Notes: generated by a model from the sequence alone, not told the origin. A stretch of DNA of 64,000 nt from Myxococcales bacterium (GCA_024640845.1 JAHEEE010000014.1:1315-65314); one strand, 5' to 3'; shown: positions 26,102-36,206, counted from the stretch's first letter. Made by a program: numbers and translations.

Positions 26102-27186
26102 TCGTCTGTTCCCGATGCAGCAAAGACAATCAGGACCACTACAAGTTCTGTCTGGGGTGCGGCGCAGAGCTTCCGAGGCAGTCTTCGGAGCCGCGGTCTC
26201 CCTCTGCTCCAGGCCCGGGCATTGATCGAACGACAAGCGCGCCTCCCGCGATGGCGGCAGCTTCCGGGGCGTTGGCCTCGGCCCCGCAAATCGACAGCGA
26301 GCCGGCCCCGTTCGGGGCCGCCCAGCCCGAGCCTGTCGCCATGGCTGATCCGCTTCCTCCCGAGCTTGCCCCGCTCAGCGACGAGACTTACCCGTGTTCG
26401 CATTGCGGCGCGCAGGTCCCGGAGAACTTTCGGTTCTGTCACGTCTGCGGACACGATCTGGAGGCCAATGGGTCCGCCGCAGGTGGGGCTGAAACCCCTG
26501 AAGAGCGCGTGTCTGCTCCGGCCGTAGCCAACGCGCCCGAGCCCGAGGCTGAGACCCAGCGAGCGCGTCTCATCTTGATTGAGCCAGACGGCTCCGAGGG
26601 TGAGTCGTTTGCGCTTGGCGCCGGACCCACGCTGATTGGTCGCGCCACCGGAGGCATCTTTGCGAGCGATGCCTACCTCTCGCCCGAGCATGCGGAGTTC
26701 CGATTCGAAGGCGATCAGCTCGTCGTGAAGGACATGGAGAGTCTGAATGGGGTCTACATTCGCATCGATCCGGAGATTCCCATCGAGCTCTTCGACGGCA
26801 GCGTCTTTCGTGTCGGTCAGGAGATCCTCCGGTTCGAGGCGCCGATCGCGCCCGATCCTGCGCCCGATGGCACGCAGCACGCGGGAAGCCCGCACCGCGG
26901 CTTCGTCGGCCGCATTTCCTTGGTGATTGGGCGCTCGGCCACCGGTAATAGTTATCCGATTCCTCCACACGGCATCCACCTCGGCCGCGAGCGAGGGGAC
27001 GTACTCTTTCCAGAGGACGGTTATGTCTCCGGCCTTCATTGCCGCATTCATTCCGAAGTGGGGCACGTATTCCTAACGGATGTCGGCAGCTCAAACGGAA
27101 CGTTCGTGCGGGTGTCCAACGAGTCGTTCGTGCCCCGGGGCACCTTCGTCTTGATGGGGCAGCAGTTGTTCCGCGCTGAGTATTAG
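26098..27186 (+). CDS. Double zinc-ribbon plus tandem FHA-domain protein (paralog of the preceding gene)
   Basis: The GTG start overlaps the upstream stop (GTGA). CSRCS..CLGCG and CSHCG..CHVCG ribbons, a Pro/Ala-rich linker, then two FHA units (LSPEHA..LNGVYI and VSGLHC..SSNGTFV). Confidence 0.8.
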   Translation: MIVCSRCSKDNQDHYKFCLGCGAELPRQSSEPRSPSAPGPGIDRTTSAPPAMAAASGALASAPQIDSEPAPFGAAQPEPVAMADPLPPELAPLSDETYPCSHCGAQVPENFRFCHVCGHDLEANGSAAGGAETPEERVSAPAVANAPEPEAETQRARLILIEPDGSEGESFALGAGPTLIGRATGGIFASDAYLSPEHAEFRFEGDQLVVKDMESLNGVYIRIDPEIPIELFDGSVFRVGQEILRFEAPIAPDPAPDGTQHAGSPHRGFVGRISLVIGRSATGNSYPIPPHGIHLGRERGDVLFPEDGYVSGLHCRIHSEVGHVFLTDVGSSNGTFVRVSNESFVPRGTFVLMGQQLFRAEY

Positions 27187-28070
27187 CGGAGATCCGCGTT
27201 GATCCCGAGCCGAGAGCTCAGGAACTCCTCGACGCGGTCGGCGATGCGATCGGGCTGCTCGACCGGTGCCGCATGGCTTGCCTCTTCGATCACCTCGAGC
27301 TCGGCGTTGGGAATGGCGTGCGCCATCTCGTCCGCCAGCTCCATCGGCGTGAAGGTATCCCGCTCCGCCGCGACGACGAGGGTTGCAATCTTCATGTCGC
27401 AAAGAAAGCCCTTGGCGTCATGCTCCCCCGCGTACTGGAGCATACGGAGAAATACAGTTGGGTTCATCAAGGCCGCGTGCTCCCAGTAGCGGTGGAAGTC
27501 CTCTTCTTGGATCCGCTCATGGTCGAGCTCCCGACCCGCACAGGCAACGCGGAAGGCAAGCGCAGCAGGCACGCGTCCCCAAATCGCGCGCGCCAGTCCC
27601 GGGAACATCGTTGCACCGCGCATCAAGCTCGGGAGAACCTGGTCGAGCAGATCGGTGCCGTGGAAGGTCGTGGTGATCTTGCCAAAGGTGCCGCACATGA
27701 GGATCAGTGCCCCCACGGCGTCCGGGTGCTGCCGATAGTACTCCAGCGCGACCTGTACGCCCATCGAGTGCGAAGCGATGACCGGGCGCTCGATTCCGCG
27801 GGCCTCACAAACTCGGCGCAGGTCGCGAGCGAGGTCTTCGATCGAGACTCTATCGGGATCCGCGGGGGGGCCGCTCCGGCCATGACCCCGAAAATGCCAG
27901 TGAACGACGCGATGGCGCTCGGCCAGTCGTGGGGCCAAATAGCGCCACGCGAAGCCGTCGCACCCGATCCCATCGGTCAGGACCACCGGAGGCTCGCCTG
28001 CGCCTAGCTCTTCGACGAACAATCGCGTGCCGTCTTCGGCTTCGACGAAGCTCTCTCGGTCGTACCGCAC
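27183..28070 (-). CDS. Alpha/beta-fold hydrolase
   Basis: HWHFRGHGRSG and the nucleophile elbow ASHSMG. The start is set to the GTG at 28070 because the longer ORF overlaps the RHH gene. Confidence 0.8.
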   Translation of the reverse strand: MRYDRESFVEAEDGTRLFVEELGAGEPPVVLTDGIGCDGFAWRYLAPRLAERHRVVHWHFRGHGRSGPPADPDRVSIEDLARDLRRVCEARGIERPVIASHSMGVQVALEYYRQHPDAVGALILMCGTFGKITTTFHGTDLLDQVLPSLMRGATMFPGLARAIWGRVPAALAFRVACAGRELDHERIQEEDFHRYWEHAALMNPTVFLRMLQYAGEHDAKGFLCDMKIATLVVAAERDTFTPMELADEMAHAIPNAELEVIEEASHAAPVEQPDRIADRVEEFLSSRLGINADLR

Positions 28071-28081
28071 GCCTCGAGAGC

Positions 28082-28282
28082 TTACTTCTTGGTCGCGTCG
28101 TCCGGGCTGTCGGGGATGTCGTTCACGGAGGGCAATTTGCGAATCTCGGGCAGTGCGATCTTCACGCAGCGCTGAACGATCCAAGAGAGCGAGCGATCCA
28201 ACCTTGCCGATTCGTGCTTGATGTCGTGTAGCATCGACTCCGGAAAGTAGAGGCTCTGCTTGCGCTTATCGGTCGTAGACAT
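28082..28282 (-). CDS. Ribbon-helix-helix (CopG/Arc-like) DNA-binding protein, 66 aa
   Basis: KQSLYFPESMLHDIKHESARLDRSLSWIVQRCVKIA has a beta-strand/helix/helix pattern. It lies 11 bp upstream of the hydrolase gene. Confidence 0.65.
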   Translation of the reverse strand: MSTTDKRKQSLYFPESMLHDIKHESARLDRSLSWIVQRCVKIALPEIRKLPSVNDIPDSPDDATKK

Positions 28283-28357
28283 CTTTAAGAATCCTCCGTG
28301 TATCCCGTGGTCCTACCCACGGATACATGCAGTGTCAATTACAAAGGTCTGAGTTCC

Positions 28358-29650
28358 ATGTTCCGTCACAAATCCAGCCGCAAAACACTCCGCCTCGCCT
28401 TCGCAGGCGTAGCAGCGGTCATGCTCGTTGCGGTCACGGCTTCCGAGGTGCCTGCGCGACGAAGCCCATTCGAGCCTCTGTCGATCTTCGCGCGCGCGCT
28501 GTCATTCATCGAGCTTGCCTACGTGGAGCCGGTCGATCAGGAGAAATTGGTGCACGGCGCGATCCGTGGGCTGGCCGACTCGCTCGATCCGCATTCCGTC
28601 TTCATGGACCCCGAGGAGTACGCGATCTTCACAAGCGACGCCGAAGGGCGCTTTGCGGGTATCGGGGTCGAAGTGTCCACACGTGATGGATGGTTGACTG
28701 TCCTCTCGGTGTTCGACGGTGGACCGGCCGCAAAGGCCGGGCTTCTACCGGGTGACCGGTTCTTGGCGATCGAAGGGGATGATGCGCGAGATCTTCGCTT
28801 GTACGACGCCGTTCGCCGGATTCGCGGAGAGCCCGGCTCGATCGTGAAGGTGACGATTCGGCGTGAAGGCCAATCCGGCGCTCTCGAACGGACGCTGACG
28901 CGGGCGTTCATCGAGCTCGATCCGGTGGAGCTTCAAACCCTGGGCGATGGCGCGGTCTACGTCCGAATCAAGGCGTTTCAAGATGGGACGGCGCGCGCGC
29001 TCAGACGAGCGCTCGACGAAGCCGTGATGAAGCTCAAAAAGCAGGCTGGCGTGCGAGGGTTGCTGATCGACCTTCGCGACAACGGCGGTGGGCTACTCGA
29101 CGAGGCGGTGTGGGTGAGCGACGAGTTTCTCGCGAACGGCACGATCGTCAGCACGCGTGGGCGCGACGGCGAGGTGATCAAGCAATACGACGCGCGCCGG
29201 GCGGGCACGCGCCCGAAATGGCCGATCGTCATCTTGATCAACGAGAATACGGCGAGCGCATCCGAAATCGTCGCAGGCGCGCTGCAGGACCAGAAACGCG
29301 CGACGGTGGTCGGCGTGCGTTCATTCGGCAAAGGTAGCGTCCAGACCGTCTACGAGCTTCCCGGCGGCAGTGCGCTCAAGCTCACGATCTCGCGTTACTA
29401 CACCCCCTCCGGTCGTTCCATTCAGGCGCAAGGAATCATCCCCGACCTGATCGCGGAGCAGCCGCGCCAAGACGACGAGCCGGATCCGCTTCGCGAGGAA
29501 GAGCTCGAGGGCCACCTCGTCGCCAAGCACGGGCGAAGCAAGCCCGGGAAGAGCCAACAGGCGCCCGAAGCCAACGGCGCGATCCCGAAGCTATTCGTCG
29601 ATGATCCCCAGGGGGCTAAGGGGTATTGGGTGTTGCGGGGAAAGATGTGA
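28358..29650 (+). CDS. S41-family C-terminal processing peptidase
   Basis: N-terminal TM/signal, PDZ (GIGVEV...GGPAAKAGLLPGDRFLAIEG), and LIDLRDNGGGLL, SASEIVAGALQD and GKGSVQ motifs. Confidence 0.9.
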   Translation: MFRHKSSRKTLRLAFAGVAAVMLVAVTASEVPARRSPFEPLSIFARALSFIELAYVEPVDQEKLVHGAIRGLADSLDPHSVFMDPEEYAIFTSDAEGRFAGIGVEVSTRDGWLTVLSVFDGGPAAKAGLLPGDRFLAIEGDDARDLRLYDAVRRIRGEPGSIVKVTIRREGQSGALERTLTRAFIELDPVELQTLGDGAVYVRIKAFQDGTARALRRALDEAVMKLKKQAGVRGLLIDLRDNGGGLLDEAVWVSDEFLANGTIVSTRGRDGEVIKQYDARRAGTRPKWPIVILINENTASASEIVAGALQDQKRATVVGVRSFGKGSVQTVYELPGGSALKLTISRYYTPSGRSIQAQGIIPDLIAEQPRQDDEPDPLREEELEGHLVAKHGRSKPGKSQQAPEANGAIPKLFVDDPQGAKGYWVLRGKM

Positions 29651-29733
29651 ACGCGATTGGCGTCGGGAGGTTTGGTCGCATCCAATCCGCCCGCCCCCAC
29701 CCCTAATCCTCGAATGCTTTCAAACCCGAGTGC

Positions 29734-30189
29734 TCAGCGCCTTCGCAATACGCGAAACCTCACACCCTTGGTCTCCCCAGCCCGACTCTCGACCTCTTCG
29801 AAATCTGGCAAGTCCGTCGGGAAGTAGGTGTCGCCTTCCACCTCTTCGTCGATGTTCGTGAGATGGAGCTCGGTCGCGAGGGGGAGGGCCTCTAGGTAGA
29901 GGCTTGCGCCGCCGATCACGAACGGGCAGGGGTCCGTGGCTCGCGCGCGCGCGATGGCCTCGTCCAGGCTTCGCGCCGTTTCACAGCCTTCGAATGTCGC
30001 TCCGCTTCTCGTCACGACGATGTTCCGGCGCTTTGGCAAAGGGCGGCCGATCGATTCGTACGTCTTGCGACCCATGATGATCGCGTGGCCGCTCGTCGTT
30101 TTCTTGAAGTGCTTGAGGTCCTCGGAGATGTGCCAGGGCAGACCACCGGCTTTGCCAATTACGCCGTTGCGGGCCACGGCCACAATCAT
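29734..30189 (-). CDS. folA: Dihydrofolate reductase
   Basis: MIVAVARNGVIGKAGGLPWHISEDLKHFKKTTSGHAIIMGRKTYESIG; 151 aa from the ATG at 30189. A GTG at 30224 overlapping the thyA stop is an alternative start. Confidence 0.9.
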   Translation of the reverse strand: MIVAVARNGVIGKAGGLPWHISEDLKHFKKTTSGHAIIMGRKTYESIGRPLPKRRNIVVTRSGATFEGCETARSLDEAIARARATDPCPFVIGGASLYLEALPLATELHLTNIDEEVEGDTYFPTDLPDFEEVESRAGETKGVRFRVLRRR

Positions 30190-30221
30190 CGCGAGCGGGG
30201 CTGGGGTGGCGAGCGCCTCGG

Positions 30222-31064
30222 TCACACCGCTACCGGCGCCTTGATGGGTGGGTAGGGAAGGTAGTCCTTGAGCTGGAAGTGCTCGTAGCGAAAGTCGTAG
30301 AGGTTCTTCACTTCGGGGTCGATGATCATCGTTGGAAGGGGGCGTGGTCGGCGTGAGAGCTGCAGCCGCGCTTGTTCGACGTGGTTGCGGTAGAGATGAA
30401 CGTCGCCAAACGTATGAATGAACTCCCCCGGTTCCAACCCCGACACCGAGGCGACCATCATGTTGAGGAGTGCATAGCTTGCGATGTTGAAGGGAACCCC
30501 GAGAAACACGTCTGCGCTGCGCTGGTAGAGTTGGCAGTTCAGGCGGCCACCGCTGACATAGAACTGGAAAAGGGTGTGGCAGGGGGGGAGGGCCACGCGC
30601 TCGGCTTCGATTGGATTCCAACCAGAGATGATCAAGCGACGGCTGTTCGGATTGATCCGGATCTGCTCCAACACGTGCGAGAGCTGATCGAAGCCGTCAC
30701 GCTCGTACGTTCCGTCGTCGCGTTCGGTGGCGCCGAAGTTGCGCCACTGATGCCCGTACACCGGACCGAGGTCGCCTTCCTTGCGCCCGAATTTCGCGGT
30801 CTGCTCGGCGGTCGCCCACTCGTCCCAAATCGTGACGCCGACTTCCTGGAGGTGGCTCACGTGGGTCTGACCACGGATGAACCAGAGCAGCTCGTGAATG
30901 ATCGATTTGAGATGCACCTTCTTGGTGGTGAGAAGGGGGAAGCCCTCCTGAAGGTCCATTCGCATTTGGTAGCCGAACAGGCTCTTCGTACCGGTGCCGG
31001 TTCGGTCGTCGCGCTCGACGCCTTCGTCGAGCACCTTGCGCAGCAGATCCAGATACGTCTGCAT
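30222..31064 (-). CDS. thyA: Thymidylate synthase (ThyA type)
   Basis: 280 aa; DRTGTGT, LPPCH and DLGPVYG motifs. Confidence 0.95.
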   Translation of the reverse strand: MQTYLDLLRKVLDEGVERDDRTGTGTKSLFGYQMRMDLQEGFPLLTTKKVHLKSIIHELLWFIRGQTHVSHLQEVGVTIWDEWATAEQTAKFGRKEGDLGPVYGHQWRNFGATERDDGTYERDGFDQLSHVLEQIRINPNSRRLIISGWNPIEAERVALPPCHTLFQFYVSGGRLNCQLYQRSADVFLGVPFNIASYALLNMMVASVSGLEPGEFIHTFGDVHLYRNHVEQARLQLSRRPRPLPTMIIDPEVKNLYDFRYEHFQLKDYLPYPPIKAPVAV

Positions 31065-31068
31065 TGCC

Positions 31069-32196
31069 CTACTGCTCGATCACCTCGACCGGTTCGCGCG
31101 CGTCGTCACGCCGGATCGAGTAGCGCACCAAGGCGCGGAGGATATCGTTGCGCTCGAGGTCGCCGATCAAGCGCTTGATGTCTTCGTATACCGACGGGTC
31201 GGTGAGCAAAGCGCCGATGGTTCCCTTGCCTTCGCGCGCTTCTTTGGTGAGGAACGCGATGTCGTCGCTCGCGTTCTGGAGATTGGTCATGAAGGAGTCC
31301 CCGAGCTCGCCATAGATGAGCTGGTTGACCGCTCCGTCGCCCTCTCGGACGTCGGTCAGAATCGTGTTGAGTTGGCCGAAGGTGTCACGGATGTTCCGAA
31401 TCGCGTCCGCGCCATCGGTGCCGTAAAGCAGCGCGTTGACCGTGCCCTCGTTGGATTGGACGTCTTCCGCAATCTTGTTGAGATTCTTGCCGAGTGCGGC
31501 GACCTGCTTGCCCGCGGCCCGAAGCTCCTTGACCGCGCCCTTGACGTCGCGGCCGAGCTCGGCGTCATACATCAGGCGGCCGATCGTGCCGTCGCCATTC
31601 GCGATCATGCCGCTGGCCTTGGCGAGATTGCGTGCGGTTTCCTTGAGGTCCTCGGAGAACTCCTGATCGGCGAATGGGTCCGTCGCGAGTCTGAGATTGT
31701 GCGCGGTGCCCTCGGCCTCGACGAGAGTGCGTTCGGCCATCGCCATGATGCCTCCGCCCACCGAGACCGGGATTGGCTCGTTCGGATCCCATTCGGGGTA
31801 CTCGTCCGCTCCGACGGTGATCTCGATGATTCGGTCGCCGAGAAGGCCCTTGCTTCCGATGGCCGCGAAGCTGGGCTTTGCGTCCGTCTCCCCCAACGCG
31901 AGTCCTGGCTCGCCTCGGATCAAGTGTGTCGCGTCGTCGATGACGCGGAAGTAGACCTCGATGCTGCCGCCTTCTCCGATGATGACCTCGGTGACGGAGC
32001 CCACGCTGACGCCTGCGACGCGGACCGTGTTGCCCTTCTGCAGACCTCCTACGTCGTCGAAGATCGCATGGTAGGTGGTCTTGGGCGAGAAGACATTCTC
32101 CTGTGCACCGATCGCGAAAGCGACGCTCGCGCCGATCACGAGGGCGACCAAGACGAAGAGCCCCACGCGAAGTCGAGTTGCGGCAGTGGTCCTCAT
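31069..32196 (-). CDS. mlaD: MlaD/MCE-domain protein with a long C-terminal helical region
   Basis: N-terminal TM ([17 protein letters not shown]), then the MCE domain ([27 protein letters not shown]). Confidence 0.8.
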   Translation of the reverse strand: MRTTAATRLRVGLFVLVALVIGASVAFAIGAQENVFSPKTTYHAIFDDVGGLQKGNTVRVAGVSVGSVTEVIIGEGGSIEVYFRVIDDATHLIRGEPGLALGETDAKPSFAAIGSKGLLGDRIIEITVGADEYPEWDPNEPIPVSVGGGIMAMAERTLVEAEGTAHNLRLATDPFADQEFSEDLKETARNLAKASGMIANGDGTIGRLMYDAELGRDVKGAVKELRAAGKQVAALGKNLNKIAEDVQSNEGTVNALLYGTDGADAIRNIRDTFGQLNTILTDVREGDGAVNQLIYGELGDSFMTNLQNASDDIAFLTKEAREGKGTIGALLTDPSVYEDIKRLIGDLERNDILRALVRYSIRRDDAREPVEVIEQ

Positions 32197-32214
32197 CTCT
32201 TGTCCAGGGCCCCC

Positions 32215-32988
32215 TTACCCCGCACTCTTTAGCAGAGTTTCGGTGTCTTCGTCGACTGGAGCGTTGCCTTCGATGAAGTCCCGCACGCGCGGGTCGTCCG
32301 AGGCGAGCAATTCGTCGGGGGTGCCCGAGAAAATCACGAAACCGTCTTGGATCATGGCGATTCGGTCGCTGATCGCGAGCGCGGTGTCCATGTCGTGCGT
32401 GACGACGACCGATGTGACGTCGAGCGTTCCGTTCAGGTACTCGATGAGGTCGGCGATGCGCGTGACGTTGATCGGATCGAGACCCGTCGTCGGTTCGTCA
32501 TAGAGGAGCACCTCGGGTCGAATCGCGAGCGCTCGCGCCAACGATACTCGCTTCTTCATGCCAGCGGACATGTCGGCAGGCCAAGTGTCCTCCGTTCCCG
32601 GGAGACCCACGTAGGTCAGCGATTCGCGAACGCGCTCCGAGATCTCCTTCTCGGTCATGTCGAGCTGCTCCCGGAGACCGTAAGCGACGTTTTCCTTCGT
32701 GTTGAGCGAATCGAACAGCGCGCCCGCTTGGAACAGCATCGCGACCCGCCGCCGAACCGACGCATACTCCGCTTCGGTGATGTCGGAGATCCGCTGTCCA
32801 TCGAATAAGATCTCCCCGCCGTCGATGTCGAGGAGCCCGATCAGCATCTTCAGCATCACGCTCTTGCCTTGCCCCGAGCCGCCTATGATCGTGATGATTT
32901 CTCGCTCGCGGACGTCGAGGTTGAGGTCCTGATAGACCACCTTCGGCCCAAAAGCTTTCTTGACACCGCGGAACTCGATGAGCGCCAT
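32215..32988 (-). CDS. mlaF: ABC transporter ATP-binding protein, MlaF-like
   Basis: Walker A GGSGQGKS, signature MSAGMKKRVSLARAL, Walker B LLYDEPTTGLD. Confidence 0.85.
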   Translation of the reverse strand: MALIEFRGVKKAFGPKVVYQDLNLDVREREIITIIGGSGQGKSVMLKMLIGLLDIDGGEILFDGQRISDITEAEYASVRRRVAMLFQAGALFDSLNTKENVAYGLREQLDMTEKEISERVRESLTYVGLPGTEDTWPADMSAGMKKRVSLARALAIRPEVLLYDEPTTGLDPINVTRIADLIEYLNGTLDVTSVVVTHDMDTALAISDRIAMIQDGFVIFSGTPDELLASDDPRVRDFIEGNAPVDEDTETLLKSAG

Positions 32989-33037
32989 CGGGCCAACTTT
33001 AGTTGGGGTTGCGCGACCCGTCGACTACTGTAGGGCC

Positions 33038-33616
33038 ATGGGTCGCCGCATTGGCTGGCTTCTGCTGAGCGTATTCGTTCTCGCGAGCTGCACCGAGAAT
33101 CGTCAGGCTGTTGGTGCCGCCCAACCGCACATGGACGAGTTCGAACGGATGCGTGTCCGCGTGCTCGAGCTCCTGGAGCTCCGGGCGGACGTCGAACGCA
33201 AGAAGTTGCTTCTCCAGGCCTCCAAAGGCGATCCGGAGTCCGCGCCGGAGAATTTGAAGCCCCTCCTCGAGCAGATGCGTGCGCAGAACGTCGAGTTGAC
33301 CGAGAAGCAGCTCGAAGACGGGGAGGCTCTCTTCTGGAGGATGCTCGATCAGGCGTTCTCGGATCGCCCCGAGGTGTTGCAGGCGGAGGTCGTATTCCTC
33401 GAAAAAAACGGGGCGATCTCCAGGTTTCGCTCGCCCCGTGAGCGGGAGGTGCCCGCGGGGGTCAGATGGTTCGGGCTCCGACAGCAGCGGACCTTTGCGG
33501 GCCTCGGCAGGTGCGTGACGGACGAAGGGTCAGAGCCATGTGTACTCATCCAGCTTCGGCCACGAGACTACTCGGGAAGTGCAGGGCTCACGGTCGCTTT
33601 TCGTGAGGCTCCCTGA
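33038..33616 (+). CDS. Hypothetical lipoprotein
   Basis: MGRRIGWLLLSVFVLASC signal peptide plus lipobox; no family recognised. Confidence 0.55.
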   Translation: MGRRIGWLLLSVFVLASCTENRQAVGAAQPHMDEFERMRVRVLELLELRADVERKKLLLQASKGDPESAPENLKPLLEQMRAQNVELTEKQLEDGEALFWRMLDQAFSDRPEVLQAEVVFLEKNGAISRFRSPREREVPAGVRWFGLRQQRTFAGLGRCVTDEGSEPCVLIQLRPRDYSGSAGLTVAFREAP

Positions 33617-33673
33617 TGCCTCGGCCGAGCTTGACAGGGGCTCCACCCGGGCCTAGCGTCCGGGCGCCCAACC

Positions 33674-34327
33674 ATGGCATTTTCGCTTTCGCCGGAACGT
33701 GAACGACAGGTCGACGAGATCCTGACCCACTACCCGGAGCGCCGTGCGGCGCTCTTGCCGGTGCTATGGCTGTGCCAGCGGCAGAACGGGTGGATCAGTC
33801 CCGAGGTGGTCAACTACGTCGCCGAGCGACTCGGTCTGTCAACCGCGATCATCAAAGGCGTCGTCACGTTTTACACGATGTTTTTCGACGAGCCGGTCGG
33901 GGAAAATGTCGTCTGGGTTTGCCGCACCCTTTCGTGTGACCTCCGTGGCGGGAAGGCGATCCAAGACCATCTGGAGAAGAGGCTGGGGTGCACCGCCGGC
34001 CGTACCAGCTCGGATGGTAAGTTCACCCTCCTCAAGGCCGAGTGCCTGGCCGCTTGCGGGCAGGCGCCCATGGTCCAGATCAACGACTATTATTACGAGA
34101 ACCTCGACCTCGAGCTGCTCGATCGCATCATCGACGCGCACGCGGATAAAGGCGGGGAAGCTGCGGCGGCAGAGCTCTCGACCTTTGCTCGCTTCGGGAC
34201 CCCGCGACGGAACGACCGCCTGGCGCAGGCCTCGGCTCCTCCGCCCCCGACCGAGGAAGCCGTGCGCGTGGCTTCTCAGCCGCCCCCGGCAGCCGAGGCA
34301 TCGAACGCGGGTGGGGACGAGTCATGA
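33674..34327 (+). CDS. nuoE: NADH-quinone oxidoreductase subunit E
   Basis: [2Fe-2S] thioredoxin-like fold with C..C...C..C spacing (VCRTLSC...CLAACGQAP). It carries a Pro/Ala-rich C-terminal tail of ~50 aa. Confidence 0.9.
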   Translation: MAFSLSPERERQVDEILTHYPERRAALLPVLWLCQRQNGWISPEVVNYVAERLGLSTAIIKGVVTFYTMFFDEPVGENVVWVCRTLSCDLRGGKAIQDHLEKRLGCTAGRTSSDGKFTLLKAECLAACGQAPMVQINDYYYENLDLELLDRIIDAHADKGGEAAAAELSTFARFGTPRRNDRLAQASAPPPPTEEAVRVASQPPPAAEASNAGGDES

Positions 34328-35706
34328 GCGAGCCGATCAAACCGTTGTTGACCTCGCGGTACGGGGTCAAAGAGAGCTGGAAGCTAGCAAACGCCGAGTC
34401 GGCGGGCGCCTACGCGACCGCACGTCAGGCACTCACCACCCGCAAGCCCGAAGAGCTCAAGGAAGAGGTCAAGAAGGCCAACATCCGAGGGCGCGGTGGC
34501 GCCGGCTTCCCGGCTGGCGTGAAGTGGGGTTTTCTCAATCCGCAGGCGGGCGAGCAGATCTACCTCGTCATCAACGCGGACGAGAGCGAGCCGGGCACGT
34601 TCAAGGATCGCAGTATCATGGATTTGGACCCCCACCGCTTGGTCGAAGGGGCGATCATCTCCTGCTACGCGATCGGGGCGCCTGTCGCCTACATCTACGT
34701 TCGCGGTGAGCTGGCGTTCTCGCTCAAGCGCCTCGAGCAGGCGATCGCGGAGGCACGGCAAGCCGGTTACCTCGGAGAGCGCCCGTTCGGTGTTGACCTG
34801 GGCCACCCGATCGAGATCTACGTGCACTCCGGCGCGGGCGCGTACATCTGCGGGGAGGAGACGGCGCTTCTCAACTCACTCGAGGGACGCCGTGGTGAGC
34901 CTCGGCTCAAGCCTCCATTTCCGGCAGTGAAAGGCGTCTTCGGCATGCCGACGATCGTCAACAACGTCGAGACCATCGCGTCTGTGCCCGACATCATCGA
35001 GATGGGCGGCGATGCGTGGTCTTTGCTGAGCCGACTTCCCGGTGACGGAGGCGTCCGAATCTACGGTGTCAGCGGCCACGTGAAGAACCCAGGCCTCTTC
35101 GAAGCGCCGGTCGGCATCACGATGCGCGAGCTCATCGATGATTATGCGGGCGGCATGCTGGGGGATCGCCCGCTGAAGGCGGTCATCCCCGGGGGCTCCT
35201 CGACGCCGGTGCTCGACCCGCGGCGCAAGGTCCACGCGCCGGCTGAAGACCATCCGCTGCACAAATGGCACGGCATGAGCGAAATCGACGTTCCGATGGG
35301 TGTGGACACCTATCGTGCGCTCGGCACCATGCTCGGCACGTGCTGCGCGATCGTCATGGACGACTCGGTCAACATGGTCGAGGCGTGCCGCAACCTCATG
35401 CGCTTCTACAAGCACGAGTCGTGCGGCCAGTGCACGCCATGCCGTGAGGGTACTGGTTGGCTCGTCGACGTGCTCAACAACCTCGTCCATGGTCGCGGCA
35501 AAACGGAAGATGTCGACTTGCTCGTCAACATTTCCAACAACATGATGGGCAACACGATCTGCGCTTTCGCCGACGGAACCGCGATGCCGATGCTCGGCAT
35601 GGTGCAGAAGTTCCGCGAGGAGTTCATGGAAGCGGCGGTAAACGGCGTACCCGACGGCGTGCGGCACGACGACAGCGTTCGCGGCATGGTAGAGGGGGCC
35701 GCGTGA
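34324..35706 (+). CDS. nuoF: NADH-quinone oxidoreductase subunit F
   Basis: GRGGAGFPAG, ESEPGTFKDR and ESCGQCTPCREG motifs; ATGA overlap with nuoE. Confidence 0.95.
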   Translation: MSEPIKPLLTSRYGVKESWKLANAESAGAYATARQALTTRKPEELKEEVKKANIRGRGGAGFPAGVKWGFLNPQAGEQIYLVINADESEPGTFKDRSIMDLDPHRLVEGAIISCYAIGAPVAYIYVRGELAFSLKRLEQAIAEARQAGYLGERPFGVDLGHPIEIYVHSGAGAYICGEETALLNSLEGRRGEPRLKPPFPAVKGVFGMPTIVNNVETIASVPDIIEMGGDAWSLLSRLPGDGGVRIYGVSGHVKNPGLFEAPVGITMRELIDDYAGGMLGDRPLKAVIPGGSSTPVLDPRRKVHAPAEDHPLHKWHGMSEIDVPMGVDTYRALGTMLGTCCAIVMDDSVNMVEACRNLMRFYKHESCGQCTPCREGTGWLVDVLNNLVHGRGKTEDVDLLVNISNNMMGNTICAFADGTAMPMLGMVQKFREEFMEAAVNGVPDGVRHDDSVRGMVEGAA

Positions 35707-36206
35707 CGTTTGCTGGGGCAACGATGTTCGTCGTGACGGCGATATTCGCCATCGCGGGAGCCCTGATCACCATTTGGTCGAGACGCCCGTTGCGCGCGGC
35801 GATCGGCCTCTTGGTCCACATCATTTCGCTTTCGGGGATGTTCCTGACGCTGGATGCACAGCTCATGGCGGTCCTGCAGCTTCTCGTCTACGCGGGCGCT
35901 GTCGTCGTCTTGTTCGTCTTCGTCATCATGCTGATCGGCCCAGCGGCCGAAGTCGGGCCCATCGAGGGTCGCCTGGCCTCGCGCACGCTGAGCATCGCGA
36001 TGGTCGTGGCGGTGGTTCTCGCGCTCTCGACCTCGGTGGCGTATCTCGATGCTCCGTGGGTCGAGGTGCCCGATGGCTTCGGCACGGTTCAGGGGCTCGG
36101 CATGGAGATCTACAAAAACGCCGCCGTCCCGTTCGAAATCATCTCCATCACGTTGCTGGTTGCCATCATAGGCGCGATTGCGGTCGCCCGGAGCCGGACG
36201 GAGTAG
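35703..36206 (+). CDS. nuoJ: NADH-quinone oxidoreductase subunit J
   Basis: The GTG at 35703 overlaps the nuoF stop (GTGA); an alternative ATG lies at 35724. Five-TM protein with the LLVYAGAVVVLFVFVIM motif. Confidence 0.85.
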   Translation: MTFAGATMFVVTAIFAIAGALITIWSRRPLRAAIGLLVHIISLSGMFLTLDAQLMAVLQLLVYAGAVVVLFVFVIMLIGPAAEVGPIEGRLASRTLSIAMVVAVVLALSTSVAYLDAPWVEVPDGFGTVQGLGMEIYKNAAVPFEIISITLLVAIIGAIAVARSRTE

